A stretch of DNA of 64,000 nt. Source: an uncultured Planctomycetales bacterium (GTDB taxonomy: Bacteria; Omnitrophota; Gorgyraeia; Gygaellales; Profunditerraquicolaceae). This document shows, piece after piece, positions 1 through 9,861 of this stretch; position 1 is the stretch's first letter; every line of letters begins with the position of its first letter. A program made the translations under genes and the position numbers. Below the pieces are notes generated by a model. The model was not told the origin of the DNA, searched no databases, and saw nothing but the letters and a program-made list of their open reading frames with translations. The stretch spans positions 49,927-113,926 of the forward strand of contig CAZIUK010000002.1 in assembly GCA_964542785.1 (NCBI GenBank), in the 5' to 3' direction.

Positions 1-1
1 A

Positions 2-1045
2 ATACTTCAGGCGCTAAAAAAATTATCCGGTAAAAAAACAGTCATTATCCCTTCCTTTGTCTGCCCCCTTGTCCCCTTGGCGATAGAAAAAGCAGGATTA
101 AAAGTATCTGTCTGCGATATAACAAGCGAGGGTTTTGATTTTAACCTTGAAAGGCTAAATAATATCTGCCTTCAAAATAACGATATACTTGCGGTAATAG
201 TAGCCCACTTAGGCGGGATACCGGTTGACCTTGACCCGATTATGAATATAACTAAAGATAAAAAGATATTTGTAATTGAAGATTGCGCGCAAAGCCTAGG
301 GGCAAGTTATAAAAAGAGGCCTACCGGGACAATAGGCGACTTTGCTTTTTATAGCCTCTGCCGCGGCAAGGGTATAACAATATACGAAGGCGGAGCAATA
401 ACATGCAAGGATAATTTTTCCGACATAACCCAAGAGGTTTTTGAAGAGATATCAATAAATAATTACCTCTCAGAATCTTTAAAAATACTTGAGCTCTTTG
501 GCTATTGGGCATTTTACAGGCCGGAATTGTTCTGGTTTGCCTATAGACTCCCGCAGAAATTCTGGGAAGCGCAGAATAAGCAAGAGCGGGCGTCTATTGA
601 ATACTTTACTACTGACTTTCCACTACATAGGGTATCAACTTTAAGAAAATCGGTCGGACATACGCAATGGAGACGCATTAAAATAGAGATAGGCAAACAG
701 AGAGAAAAGGCAAAATATTACATAGAAGAAATTTCTGGCACTAGTGGCATAAAGCTTATCTTGGAAAAACCAGTAAGTTACTCAAATTACCCTTATCTAA
801 CCATTATATTTGAAGAAGAGGCAAAGCAAAAAAAAGCACTCGCACTTTTTAAAGAATCGGGTTTAGGGGTATCCAGAATATACCTTAGGGCAATCACAGA
901 TTACCGGTATTTAGATAAACTCTACTCTCCGCAGTCTTCCCCAAACGCCAAATCCATAGCCGCAAGGCATATTACTTTAAGCACAAACACATTCTTAAAT
1001 AAAGCCGAACAAAATAAAATAATAACAATATTAAAAAGGTTATAA
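2..1045 (+). CDS. DegT/DnrJ/EryC1/StrS-family PLP-dependent sugar aminotransferase (5'-truncated at window edge)
   Basis: The frame is open from nt 2 with no start codon in the window; the track start at 77 is an internal TTG. Translation ...VIIPSFVCPLVPLAIE..., IFVIEDCAQSLGASY and GDFAFYSL..GKGI..EGGAI match the conserved DegT-family blocks. Confidence 0.6.
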   Translation: MLQALKKLSGKKTVIIPSFVCPLVPLAIEKAGLKVSVCDITSEGFDFNLERLNNICLQNNDILAVIVAHLGGIPVDLDPIMNITKDKKIFVIEDCAQSLGASYKKRPTGTIGDFAFYSLCRGKGITIYEGGAITCKDNFSDITQEVFEEISINNYLSESLKILELFGYWAFYRPELFWFAYRLPQKFWEAQNKQERASIEYFTTDFPLHRVSTLRKSVGHTQWRRIKIEIGKQREKAKYYIEEISGTSGIKLILEKPVSYSNYPYLTIIFEEEAKQKKALALFKESGLGVSRIYLRAITDYRYLDKLYSPQSSPNAKSIAARHITLSTNTFLNKAEQNKIITILKRL

Positions 1046-1905
1046 TGATAATTTTTTCTCTTAAAGAAGACTTGCGCAATATAGACTCTATACCTGATTC
1101 CGGTTTTTTTATGGAAGGAGACAACAACCTTTGTTTTTTAATACATGGGTTAACCGGGACTGCAAGAGAAATGTACTCTATAGGAACGCGACTTAATAGA
1201 AACGGATTTTCAGTTGCAAGCCCTATGATGTATGGACATAACCGCTCATTATCTGTATTAAAGAGGTTACGGTGGCAAGATTTTTATGCGGGTATAAAAA
1301 AAGAGCTTTTAAAATATCTACCCTCCTTTGATAAGATATACGTAGCCGGGCTATCATTTGGTTCGCTTATAGGGCTTCTCTTGGCTTACGAATTCCCTAA
1401 AAAAGTCCGCGCGGTTAACTGCTTTTCTCCTACCCTTTTTTTTGATGGATGGAATACGCCTAAATCAAGGGTTCTTTTGCCACTTATATTCAAAACACCC
1501 CTTAAATACTATCTTTATCTTAAAGAAGAGCACCCTTATGGGATTAAAAATGAAAGGCTAAGGAAAAAGATAGCAGGATTCTATAAAAACGCAGGCTTAT
1601 TTGATTATAGCAAAGTACACCTCTATGGGTATCCAGTAATACCCGTCTCTAGTATGTATCAGAACCGGCTCTTAGCAAAGCATATAACAAGGTTGCTGCC
1701 AAAGATTAAAACACCGATTCAAATATTACAGGCAAAAGATGACGATACCACCAGCCCAAAGAACTCATTTTTTATATACGACCGTATAGGCTCAAGAGAC
1801 AAACGAGTTATATTATTGGAAAACTCATACCATATTATAATTGCTGATCAAGAAAGAAAAGTAGTGGCAAAGGAGGCACTCACTTTTTTTCAAAAATACA
1901 AATAA
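1045..1905 (+). CDS. alpha/beta-hydrolase fold esterase/lipase
   Basis: It has HGLTG, GLSFGS (GxSxG nucleophile elbow) and a late D/H region. A TAATG overlap with the upstream gene suggests coupling. Confidence 0.55.
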   Translation: MIIFSLKEDLRNIDSIPDSGFFMEGDNNLCFLIHGLTGTAREMYSIGTRLNRNGFSVASPMMYGHNRSLSVLKRLRWQDFYAGIKKELLKYLPSFDKIYVAGLSFGSLIGLLLAYEFPKKVRAVNCFSPTLFFDGWNTPKSRVLLPLIFKTPLKYYLYLKEEHPYGIKNERLRKKIAGFYKNAGLFDYSKVHLYGYPVIPVSSMYQNRLLAKHITRLLPKIKTPIQILQAKDDDTTSPKNSFFIYDRIGSRDKRVILLENSYHIIIADQERKVVAKEALTFFQKYK

Positions 1906-1907
1906 GG

Positions 1908-2825
1908 TTAGGGCTTTAAAACCGAGAGGATCTTAAGATTAGTAGCTTCATTTAGTTCTCCTATCCTCTCCTCTTGCAGGTTATCTGCCTTAACGTTAGA
2001 GGGATGGTCAAAACTAGAGGCAATACTTTTTAAAAAACTACGGTAGGCAGGCCTTGAGTAGTCCCCGGTTATATCAACTCCGACTATATCTAAATTATCT
2101 TTTATCAATTTTATCATCGTTAAAAGCTCATCTAAAGAAAAAAACCCTGACTCCCAATTAGTAAGGGCATAATCGTCTTTTAAACAATCTTTATCTATAG
2201 AAATGTAGGTTTTTTTTGTGGGGAGACTTAAGATAAGAGAGAGGAAAAAAGAGCTTAGGTTTTCTTCGGCAAGCTCATGCCAAAATACCTTTGTTGAAAT
2301 TACGCTTTTCTTTAGTTTAATTGATTTATTAAGAGGAACTCTTCTTAAAAAGACAAAAGAAGGTTTACTTTTATAAGGATAAATCTCTACCCTATTATTT
2401 TCTAATAATTTAAGGCTTCCGCTTTGAATAAAAGGAAACTGTATATCGGACGAAGAAACCCCGATTAAGATAGTTTTAATAATATTTTTATTTCTTAAGG
2501 CAAAACTGACCCATGAACCACACCCCATAGAAGGAGGAAGCTTATCCCAATCCGGGTGAAAATCAAAAACAATAAGTACGATAGGCTCATTAATTAGTCC
2601 GGTAAAAAGAGAGCTTATATGATGGAAGTCCCCTGAGCCTAAAAAATTAATCCCACCGCTTAGCTCTCTTATACGATCCTGGATAGCCCCTGCGGTATCC
2701 TTATTCATCCAAAGCCTAGCAGAGGAAGAAAAACTTTTAAGGTCTATTACCTTGGGAGAATATTTTGACAAGAGGCGCTTTTGACTGGTTAGGGTAGCAT
2801 CAAAATCCAGTATGCCGATATTCAT
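1908..2825 (-). CDS. ureohydrolase (arginase/agmatinase/formiminoglutamase)-fold protein
   Basis: GSGDFHHIS, FDFHPDWD and SIDKDCLKDD resemble the GGDHS / DAHxD / SxDxDxxDP metal-binding motifs of the arginase superfamily. The match is loose, so confidence is low. Confidence 0.35.
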   Translation of the reverse strand: MNIGILDFDATLTSQKRLLSKYSPKVIDLKSFSSSARLWMNKDTAGAIQDRIRELSGGINFLGSGDFHHISSLFTGLINEPIVLIVFDFHPDWDKLPPSMGCGSWVSFALRNKNIIKTILIGVSSSDIQFPFIQSGSLKLLENNRVEIYPYKSKPSFVFLRRVPLNKSIKLKKSVISTKVFWHELAEENLSSFFLSLILSLPTKKTYISIDKDCLKDDYALTNWESGFFSLDELLTMIKLIKDNLDIVGVDITGDYSRPAYRSFLKSIASSFDHPSNVKADNLQEERIGELNEATNLKILSVLKP

Positions 2826-2846
2826 AAAAAGATACGCAAGGCAAAA

Positions 2847-4265
2847 TTAACTCTTCTTTAAGGCCTTAGAGAGCGCTTCCTCAAATAAATCACAACCTAA
2901 ATCCATCTCTTTTTGGGTAATGTAGAAGGAAGGTGCTATGGTAAAGACATTTTTATAGTATCCTCCTACGTCTAATATTAATCCACGCCTTTTTCCCCCT
3001 GAGGTAAGCTTGCCGCTTAACCCGATATTAGTTATTCTATCCGTCAGCGCCTTATCCGGAGAATAACCGTCCTTGCCACACATCTCAACCCTTATTGCAA
3101 GGCCTAACCCATCAACATCTCCTATTTGGGGGTATTTTTTCTGTAAACTCTTAAAACGGTTTACTAAATACCTACCCTTCTTAGGGATATCTTCCTTAAA
3201 ATTAGATTCTTCTATCAGCTTCATAACCTCTAATCCTACTCTTGTTCCAAGAGGATTGGAAGAAAAAGTAGAATGAGTAGAACCCGGAGGGAATACCTTA
3301 GGAGAGATTAATTTTTCTTTAGCCCATACCCCGGATATAGGATTTAGGCCATTAGTCAAAGCCTTGCCAAAAACAATAATATCCGGTGTGATTCCGAAAT
3401 GCTCAATCGCCCACAATCTTCCTGTCCTAAAAAACCCCATCTGCACCTCATCATCAACTAAAAGAATACCGTAACGGTCCAGTATATCTTTTAATCCCGA
3501 AAAATAATCCTGCGGAGGGATTACATATCCTCCTGTCCCCTGAAGCGCCTCAACGTAAAAAGCGGCAAACTCGCATTTTTTTGTTTTGTTGTTAATTACT
3601 GAGTGATACTCAGTCTCAAAGAGCCGCTCAAATTGTTTTAAGCAATAAAGCCCGCAAGAATTCCTCTTCTTATCATAAGGACACCTAAAACAATATGGAT
3701 ACGGGATAAATAATGCCCTCTCTCCAAAATGCCCAAAACGCTCACGGTAACGAAAACTTGAGGTAATGGCGGTTGCGGCAAGCGTCCTTCCGTGATAACC
3801 TCCCATAAAAGCAAAGCAGAGGCTCCTGCCGGAATGATTCCTCACTAACTTAAGGGAATCCTCAAGAGCCGAAGAGCCTCCGACATTAAAATGCACTCTT
3901 CCTTTCTCTTTAAAGGTAGACTCATTTCTTTGAGCAATCTTAGCAGCTAACCTTATCTTCTCTGTATGCAGGTATTGACAGGCTAACTGCGGTAAAATAT
4001 CAATTTGTTTTTTAAGCGCGGTATTTAAGCGCTTATTTCTATAGCCAAAATTAACCGCAGAATACCACATCTGTAGGTCTAAATATTCAACTCCGTCAAT
4101 ATCATAAAGAAAACTCCCCTTAGCGGATTTAAAGACATTTAATTTATCCGTATAGTGGACAGTATCCCCCCAAGAACAATACTTAGCTTCTAAATTTAAT
4201 AAACCATCGGGCATGTTTGTCCTTTTACTATGCTTAATCTTTTTACCTATCAATTTTTTTGTCAT
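2847..4265 (-). CDS. class III pyridoxal-phosphate aminotransferase
   Basis: LDDEVQMGFFRTGRLWA and FGKALTNG (PLP-lysine block) are typical of the acetylornithine/GABA-type aminotransferase family. The start ATG overlaps the stop of the upstream HAD gene (ATGA). Confidence 0.7.
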   Translation of the reverse strand: MTKKLIGKKIKHSKRTNMPDGLLNLEAKYCSWGDTVHYTDKLNVFKSAKGSFLYDIDGVEYLDLQMWYSAVNFGYRNKRLNTALKKQIDILPQLACQYLHTEKIRLAAKIAQRNESTFKEKGRVHFNVGGSSALEDSLKLVRNHSGRSLCFAFMGGYHGRTLAATAITSSFRYRERFGHFGERALFIPYPYCFRCPYDKKRNSCGLYCLKQFERLFETEYHSVINNKTKKCEFAAFYVEALQGTGGYVIPPQDYFSGLKDILDRYGILLVDDEVQMGFFRTGRLWAIEHFGITPDIIVFGKALTNGLNPISGVWAKEKLISPKVFPPGSTHSTFSSNPLGTRVGLEVMKLIEESNFKEDIPKKGRYLVNRFKSLQKKYPQIGDVDGLGLAIRVEMCGKDGYSPDKALTDRITNIGLSGKLTSGGKRRGLILDVGGYYKNVFTIAPSFYITQKEMDLGCDLFEEALSKALKKS

Positions 4266-4924
4266 ACAAAGCTCCTTTTAAAATAATTATATACATCCTT
4301 TAGTGATCTATAAGCAAAACAAGCAAGTCTATTCTTCTTAAAATACTTCAATAAACTATCTTTGGCAAAGACGATATCGGCATACTTAGACGGGCAAATA
4401 TCCGAACGGCCGTCGCCTATATATATAATTATAGAATCGCGCGATATATTTGCCAAGAGATTTTTTGACTTACAGTGCGCGCAAATATCACATCTTCTAT
4501 TCCGATACGGGAAAAGAGGAATTAATTCGTTACCCTTAAAAACCAATTTATTTGAATAAATCTTTAGATTTTTTATCCCATTATTACGAAGGATCTGTTT
4601 TAAAATATAATCAAAGTTATCGCTTAATACAAAAGACTTAATTTTCTTTGAAGATAATAATTTTACCAACTTACTAAAATAAGGGTCAAGCTTTACTTCG
4701 GATAAATATTTATTTAAAGATACCCGGGTAATAGTCATCCCGCTTAACTGATCCTTTAAGCACTTCTGCGAACCTATCTTACCAGATTCCCATTCTTTTT
4801 CTAATTTTACCCAAAGGTTATCGCGCGAGAACATCGGCAACATGCTATCAAATACATCGCATGTAGCAATTGTATTATCAAAATCAAAAAAAACAATGCA
4901 TTTTTGAGGATTTATTATCTTCAT
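4262..4924 (-). CDS. HAD-superfamily subfamily IB phosphatase (MtnX/PSP-like)
   Basis: FFDFDNTIA (DxDxT motif I) and a late GDGRSD (motif IV) are present. The start is moved to the internal ATG (MKIINPQ...) at 4924; the track N-terminal extension would overlap the radical SAM gene. Confidence 0.55.
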   Translation of the reverse strand: MKIINPQKCIVFFDFDNTIATCDVFDSMLPMFSRDNLWVKLEKEWESGKIGSQKCLKDQLSGMTITRVSLNKYLSEVKLDPYFSKLVKLLSSKKIKSFVLSDNFDYILKQILRNNGIKNLKIYSNKLVFKGNELIPLFPYRNRRCDICAHCKSKNLLANISRDSIIIYIGDGRSDICPSKYADIVFAKDSLLKYFKKNRLACFAYRSLKDVYNYFKRSFV

Positions 4925-4935
4925 AATTATACTAC

Positions 4936-5946
4936 CTAAGAAAAAACTCCGGGGGTAACTTTCTGACAAAACTTGCAACTACCGGAAACTATATTATACT
5001 CCTCTATTCTAAATCCATCACGTTTAATTAATATCTTGCCACAATAGGGGCAAAGAGTATCTTCCCCCCAGCCATGGACATTCCCGGTATAAACAAACTT
5101 TACTCCCGCCTCTAACCCTATCCCTTGCGCCTCTTTTAATCTCTCTTCAAGAGTAATAGGATAACCAGCAAGCTGATAATTAGGATAAAAACGAGATATA
5201 TGCCAAGGAATATTAGGGTCTGTCCTAACTATGAAATCTGCTATTCCCCTTAACTCTTTTTTAGAGTCATTAACCCCTGGGATAACTAAGGTAGTTACCT
5301 CCACCCAAAGACATAAACTTTTAAATAACTCTATTGAACTTAAAACTGCCGACAAGGAAGCATTGCAAAATTTCTTATAGGAGTTTTCTTTAAAAAATTT
5401 TAAATCTATATTTACAGCATCTAAATAAGGCACTATTTTCCTAAGAGGCTCTTCTTTTATATACCCATTAGTCACAAAAATATTGCGCAGTTTATGTTTC
5501 TTAGCTATCTTTGCTACATCATAAGCATACTCAAAAAAAATAGTCGGTTCAGTATAGGTATAAGAAAGGCTACGGCAATCTTCCTTTAATGCTCCTTCAA
5601 CTAAATCCTCTGCAGACAGTATATTTTTTGAATAATTAATACCTAAGAAAAAAGGGTTTTGAGATATCTGCCAATTCTGACAAAAAGCACATTTAAAGTT
5701 ACACCCTGCGCAAGCAAAGGAAAAAGTTTTTGACCCGGGTAAAAAATGATACAAGGGTTTCTTTTCTACAGGATCAACGTTTACCGCGGCTATATTGCCG
5801 TAAGAATAAGTATAAAGCACGCCTCTCTTATTCTCCCGAACCCCGCATAAACCAAAACAACCTTCCTTTATACTACATTGATGAGAGCATAAATTACATT
5901 GAATTAAAGTATCGGATAATTTTTTATAAAAAGAGGCTTCCTTCAT
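4936..5946 (-). CDS. radical SAM enzyme, PflA-like, AmmeMemoRadiSam (AmrS) type
   Basis: An N-terminal CNLCSHQC...FGLCGVREN is followed by DPVEKKPLYHF, then CAGCNFKCAFCQNWQISQ (CxxxCxxC). This pattern is characteristic of the AmmeMemoRadiSam system radical SAM family. Confidence 0.6.
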   Translation of the reverse strand: MKEASFYKKLSDTLIQCNLCSHQCSIKEGCFGLCGVRENKRGVLYTYSYGNIAAVNVDPVEKKPLYHFLPGSKTFSFACAGCNFKCAFCQNWQISQNPFFLGINYSKNILSAEDLVEGALKEDCRSLSYTYTEPTIFFEYAYDVAKIAKKHKLRNIFVTNGYIKEEPLRKIVPYLDAVNIDLKFFKENSYKKFCNASLSAVLSSIELFKSLCLWVEVTTLVIPGVNDSKKELRGIADFIVRTDPNIPWHISRFYPNYQLAGYPITLEERLKEAQGIGLEAGVKFVYTGNVHGWGEDTLCPYCGKILIKRDGFRIEEYNIVSGSCKFCQKVTPGVFS

Positions 5947-5965
5947 CTATCATTTTATAAGAAAC

Positions 5966-6964
5966 CTACAACATCAATTCTTTTATCCGGGCATCTTCTA
6001 AGGGAGAAGAATTTATAAACACCCTCTCCTTCTCAGGGAAGCGCCTGAAAACTACTTTAGCCTCTTTTGAAGTTAAATCAAAATAACGACAGGCTATAGA
6101 GGCAGCAAAGGTTAATCTCTCTTTATTAAAATCTCCGATGCCTAAAGATACCGGGCCTGCAATATCTTCTTCGGGCATTAAAAGATAATCTCCGTCTTGG
6201 GTAGCCGCTTCTAAAAACTTATTTTCTTTTTCATTCCGCCCTACTATCAATTTTAAGTTCCTACCAATTCTAAAATGCCTGCCAAATTTCAATAATCTTA
6301 TACTTCTTAAACTTAACCCTTCATGAGAGATAAGGTCAACAAGTCTTCTTGAATATTGAGGGTCGGTTAAAAGACAGCCTCCTGAGGCATTAGGATAATC
6401 TTTAATTTTAAAATCTTTAGCAAGCGTAATTTGCTCCTTGCGGGAACGCCCAGATAACCCCAAGAGCTTATTACGATTAACCCAACCTTTATCTTCGGGG
6501 ACAGTAGGATCAAGAAGTCTTGCTGAGAGCGGCCTAAGCAAAAACCCTTTTAACGCACTCTTCTCTTCAATCAAACTAAGCGCGCGTTTATGTTGAGACA
6601 TGGGACGCTGGCCTAATACTTCACCGGTTATAATAAATTGCGCACCTAATTTAAGCATTAATTCCCGGGCCTTGCTTAACATAAGTATCTTACAATCAAT
6701 ACAAGGATTCATCTGTGAACCAAAACCATAAGTAGAATTTAAGATAAGATTAAGGTATTCTTCTTTTATATCAAAGACCGAAAGATTCTCATTTAAAGAA
6801 TCGTTAACAAGTTTAGGCAAACCTTCATCGGTATTTTTATTTAGGCTCTCCTGATAAAAAGGCATATTGAAATTCACGGGGATAATACCTATGCCCTGCT
6901 CTTTAATAATCCTTGCGGCAAGTAAGCTATCCAACCCACCAGAAATAAGGGCAAGTGCTTGCAT
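5966..6964 (-). CDS. PP-loop ATP pyrophosphatase, ThiI/TtuA-like sulfurtransferase family (no THUMP domain)
   Basis: It has the SGGLDS PP-loop near the N-terminus. CIDCK...ITGEVLGQRPMSQHKRAL resembles the ThiI ITGE(S/A)LGQ block. Confidence 0.45.
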   Translation of the reverse strand: MQALALISGGLDSLLAARIIKEQGIGIIPVNFNMPFYQESLNKNTDEGLPKLVNDSLNENLSVFDIKEEYLNLILNSTYGFGSQMNPCIDCKILMLSKARELMLKLGAQFIITGEVLGQRPMSQHKRALSLIEEKSALKGFLLRPLSARLLDPTVPEDKGWVNRNKLLGLSGRSRKEQITLAKDFKIKDYPNASGGCLLTDPQYSRRLVDLISHEGLSLRSIRLLKFGRHFRIGRNLKLIVGRNEKENKFLEAATQDGDYLLMPEEDIAGPVSLGIGDFNKERLTFAASIACRYFDLTSKEAKVVFRRFPEKERVFINSSPLEDARIKELML

Positions 6965-7067
6965 AAAGAATCGACTCTTACCTTACCCTAAGTTAGGTCT
7001 TCTTCCTTTATTAGCCTTTTTAGAACGCCAGTTAAGCTTTCCCCTGCGTTTGCGCTTCCCCATTTCT

Positions 7068-7745
7068 CTACCCTCCCTTATAGTATTCTAATGGAATCTT
7101 ATGAATAATCCTTTCTACAGCCTGAAAGATACACTTATTAATGGCTTCTCCCATAGAAGTCCCTGCATATATAGATAAACCACGCCCCATCTCCCTTTTC
7201 TTCAAGGGCTCTTCCTCAGGACTATAGTCTCCTGCTACTTGAGCACTTATACGCTCTGAAAACAAAACCTTAGAAGTAGCAGAATCCACTATGCGAATAT
7301 CTAATGATATATATGACCTATTTATACTTGGCCCAAAAAGACTAGGTAAAGACCCACTTGAAGCACTACCCCCTCCTCCAACCCCTGCCTTACCCCCTGA
7401 CCCGTATGGCTCAAAATCCAATAACCTTGTAGCAATAACTAATCCCAAAGGTTTTACATCTTCATCTTTTGGTATAGCGCTCAAATCAAAGCGCCCGCTC
7501 TTTAAAAGCCCTGCTATCAAAACTTCCTTTAAACCTAAGCTAATATCACTGGTAGCCTTTGCAGTTATAACCTCAAAGTCTGCTACTGTTATCTTTACCT
7601 TAGGCCCGGAATAAACAGGAAAAGAAGAATTATTTAAAAAACCATCCATAAGCCCTACCGACTTATTCACCAATACACATCCAGCAAAAAAAGGTACAAT
7701 ACAAATAAAAAATATTATATTTTTAAAACCTACCCCTACACTCAT
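7068..7745 (-). CDS. CsgG-like lipoprotein (probable)
   Basis: It has a signal peptide with lipobox FFAGC. ITVADFEV and GLKEVLIAGLLKSGRFDL resemble CsgG-family motifs. A Gly/Ser-rich segment is also present. Confidence 0.4.
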   Translation of the reverse strand: MSVGVGFKNIIFFICIVPFFAGCVLVNKSVGLMDGFLNNSSFPVYSGPKVKITVADFEVITAKATSDISLGLKEVLIAGLLKSGRFDLSAIPKDEDVKPLGLVIATRLLDFEPYGSGGKAGVGGGGSASSGSLPSLFGPSINRSYISLDIRIVDSATSKVLFSERISAQVAGDYSPEEEPLKKREMGRGLSIYAGTSMGEAINKCIFQAVERIIHKIPLEYYKGG

Positions 7746-7751
7746 CTTCTT

Positions 7752-9158
7752 TTATCTGTAGATAGGAACAAGGATAAGGATAACCCAAACAATACAAGTA
7801 GTTACCAATCCTACGCTTAACCCTATCCTAAACCAATTAAAAAATGTTATGCGTATATTTCTTTCTTTTTCTAATATACCCAAAGCAACGATATTTGCGG
7901 TAGAACCAATCAAGGTAATATTCCCCCCTAAACACCCGCCAAAAAGAAGCGCCCACCACAAAGAATGCGTCACAATGTTTAACGTCTGAAATCCCTGTAA
8001 AACAGGAATAAAAGTAACTACTAAGACTACATTATCAAGCATACTAGAACCTATCGTACTAATCCAAAGCACAAGGCTAGTCAAGAAACATAAATTATCC
8101 CCTGTTAAACGAATAAGTTTATCAGCGATAAAAACAGTGGTTCCTGTATACTTTAAGGTTCCGGCTTGAACGAATAATAGAATAAAAAAGAGCAGCGTCC
8201 ACCACTCTACATCCTTTTCTATATATTTCCTTGCTTTGCTTCTCTTCCAAATCATAATCAAACCACTAGATATAAGCGGAACAGCTAAAAGTACAGTATT
8301 AGGATCTAAGCCTAAAAATACTTCTATGCGGTGATGAAGGGCTATAAAAATAAGGGTTATAAAGAATATCGCTATGTTAATCTTTAATTTACGGTCTGCG
8401 GGAACAGATATAAGCTTAGTCAATATTTCATTAGCTCCCAACTCTTTTATATTCCTACTCAATGAGGCTATTGATTTTTTATACCAGAAGATACAAATCC
8501 CTACCGTAACCAAGAGACAAACAACAGCAACAGGCAAAGCTTTAACCATGAAATCTTCAAAGGTAAGTCCGGATTTACTAGCAATAAGAATACCTATCGG
8601 ATTACCTAATACGGTGGCCGCAGAACCGATATTTGTTGCTAAAACTGAAATTATCACAAATGGAACCGGATCAACCTCAAAATAATCACAGACCTCCAAG
8701 ACCGCCGCTGCCATAAATATTATAGAGGTTACTTCATTAATCAACCCTGCGAATATGCCTGAAAGAACCGCTACAATAAAAACAAACCTCCTCCCGGTTA
8801 AACTCGGGATCCTCAAAATAACACTAACTAACCAAGCAAAAACACCTGCTTCTTTCAATCTGCCTATAATTACCATCATACCAATAAGAAATAAAATCAC
8901 CTCTAAAGAGGAGAACTCTAAAACATGCGTTATATCTGTTGTCTTTGTTATTAGGAGTATGGCTGTGCCGATGAAGGCAAAACTTAAACGAAAATCCCAG
9001 AAGAATAAAGTCCCTAAAATAGACAGAGAGAATATTGCCGCAGAGAGAGCCTGCTGCTGGTTCATCCCTATTCTGTTAGAGAATAACCATATAAAAAAAG
9101 CTATAGATAAAAGAACTCCAAATTTTACTGTCTTGCCCTTCATTGATTTTATTACCAT
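7752..9158 (-). CDS. multi-pass anion/cation permease, ArsB/NhaD-like
   Basis: It is about 12 TM hydrophobic segments long. The internal duplication-like GSAATVLGNPIGILIA and GSTANIVALG segments are typical of the ArsB/NhaD/CitMHS superfamily. Confidence 0.4.
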   Translation of the reverse strand: MVIKSMKGKTVKFGVLLSIAFFIWLFSNRIGMNQQQALSAAIFSLSILGTLFFWDFRLSFAFIGTAILLITKTTDITHVLEFSSLEVILFLIGMMVIIGRLKEAGVFAWLVSVILRIPSLTGRRFVFIVAVLSGIFAGLINEVTSIIFMAAAVLEVCDYFEVDPVPFVIISVLATNIGSAATVLGNPIGILIASKSGLTFEDFMVKALPVAVVCLLVTVGICIFWYKKSIASLSRNIKELGANEILTKLISVPADRKLKINIAIFFITLIFIALHHRIEVFLGLDPNTVLLAVPLISSGLIMIWKRSKARKYIEKDVEWWTLLFFILLFVQAGTLKYTGTTVFIADKLIRLTGDNLCFLTSLVLWISTIGSSMLDNVVLVVTFIPVLQGFQTLNIVTHSLWWALLFGGCLGGNITLIGSTANIVALGILEKERNIRITFFNWFRIGLSVGLVTTCIVWVILILVPIYR

Positions 9159-9178
9159 AAATTAAATTCTAAGGCTAT

Positions 9179-9745
9179 TTATAGGATTTGGCCTACTCGC
9201 GGTTTTAACCGGCAAAATAAAAGAGAGGCTATAATTGATTTAACTAAATCCCCAGGGATAAAAGGGGCAAAACCTATAAGGAAAGAACTTGCCCAAGATA
9301 AACTTAGGGATATTTTTAACCAAATAACCCCGAATAAAAGAATCAAAATACTTGCTAAAGAGAATACCAATATTACTAAAAGAAAACTTGCCCTTAAGCG
9401 GTTTAAAAGGTTAGGAATAAATATTGTAGCAAAGATAAACCCCAATAAATACCCTGCAGTAGGCCCAAGTAAATAAAGTGCCCCTGAAAATTCCCCGGTA
9501 AAAACAGGGATGCCGATTAAACCTAGAAAAATATAAAAAAATTGGGTAAATAACCCAAGCTTAATTCCTAAAAAAGCAGAAGAAAGTAAAACAAAAAATG
9601 TCTGTAAGGTTAACGGCACGGGGGTAAAGGGAAGCGGAATGCGCACATATGCCCCTAAGGTTATCGTGGCTATAAAAAACATAACCGCAATTACCCTTAA
9701 AACAACCCTACTACAGTTTATCTCTTTTTTTAGTATCGACTCCAT
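9179..9745 (-). CDS. bioY: biotin transporter BioY (ECF S-component)
   Basis: PLTLQTFFVLLSSAFLG...IPVFTGEFSGALYLLGPTAGYLLGF matches the BioY signature. Confidence 0.7.
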   Translation of the reverse strand: MESILKKEINCSRVVLRVIAVMFFIATITLGAYVRIPLPFTPVPLTLQTFFVLLSSAFLGIKLGLFTQFFYIFLGLIGIPVFTGEFSGALYLLGPTAGYLLGFIFATIFIPNLLNRLRASFLLVILVFSLASILILLFGVIWLKISLSLSWASSFLIGFAPFIPGDLVKSIIASLLFCRLKPRVGQIL

Positions 9746-9800
9746 TCCTCTCTCCTTTTTTATTAATTGAGGAATAATTATACCCTAAAAATAACCAAAA

Positions 9801-9846
9801 GTAAATAAAAAGGAGCAAGCGTTGTTGCCTTGCCCCTCTTTTTTTG
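9801..9846. terminator. bidirectional rho-independent terminator-like hairpin
   Basis: The stem GGAGCAAG/CTTGCcCC (9812-9836, one mismatch, 9-nt loop) is flanked by an A-run on one side and TCTTTTTTT on the other. It sits downstream of the LpxL/small-membrane-protein genes on the minus strand. Confidence 0.4.
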
Positions 9847-9861
9847 AACTAAGACCCTGCT

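Noticed and set aside
321-512. Short antisense ORFs nested inside long genes. Examples include 321-512, 3073-3276, 4362-4559, 8374-8685, 15974-16171, 19011-19451, 32364-32630, 48386-49000 and 58573-58812.
   Set aside because: Each lies wholly inside a longer, motif-supported gene on the opposite strand. They have low-complexity or Ser/Leu-rich translations typical of antisense frames in AT-rich DNA. None has a ribosome-binding site or a recognisable motif.
4925-4978. The 18-aa N-terminal extension of the HAD gene in the ORF track (MQVLSESYPRSFFLGSII), which would overlap the radical SAM gene by 43 nt.
   Set aside because: The HAD DxDxT motif begins right after the internal ATG at 4924 (MKIINPQKCIVFFDFDNTI). 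That start leaves an 11-nt gap to the radical SAM stop, which is more plausible than a long overlap.
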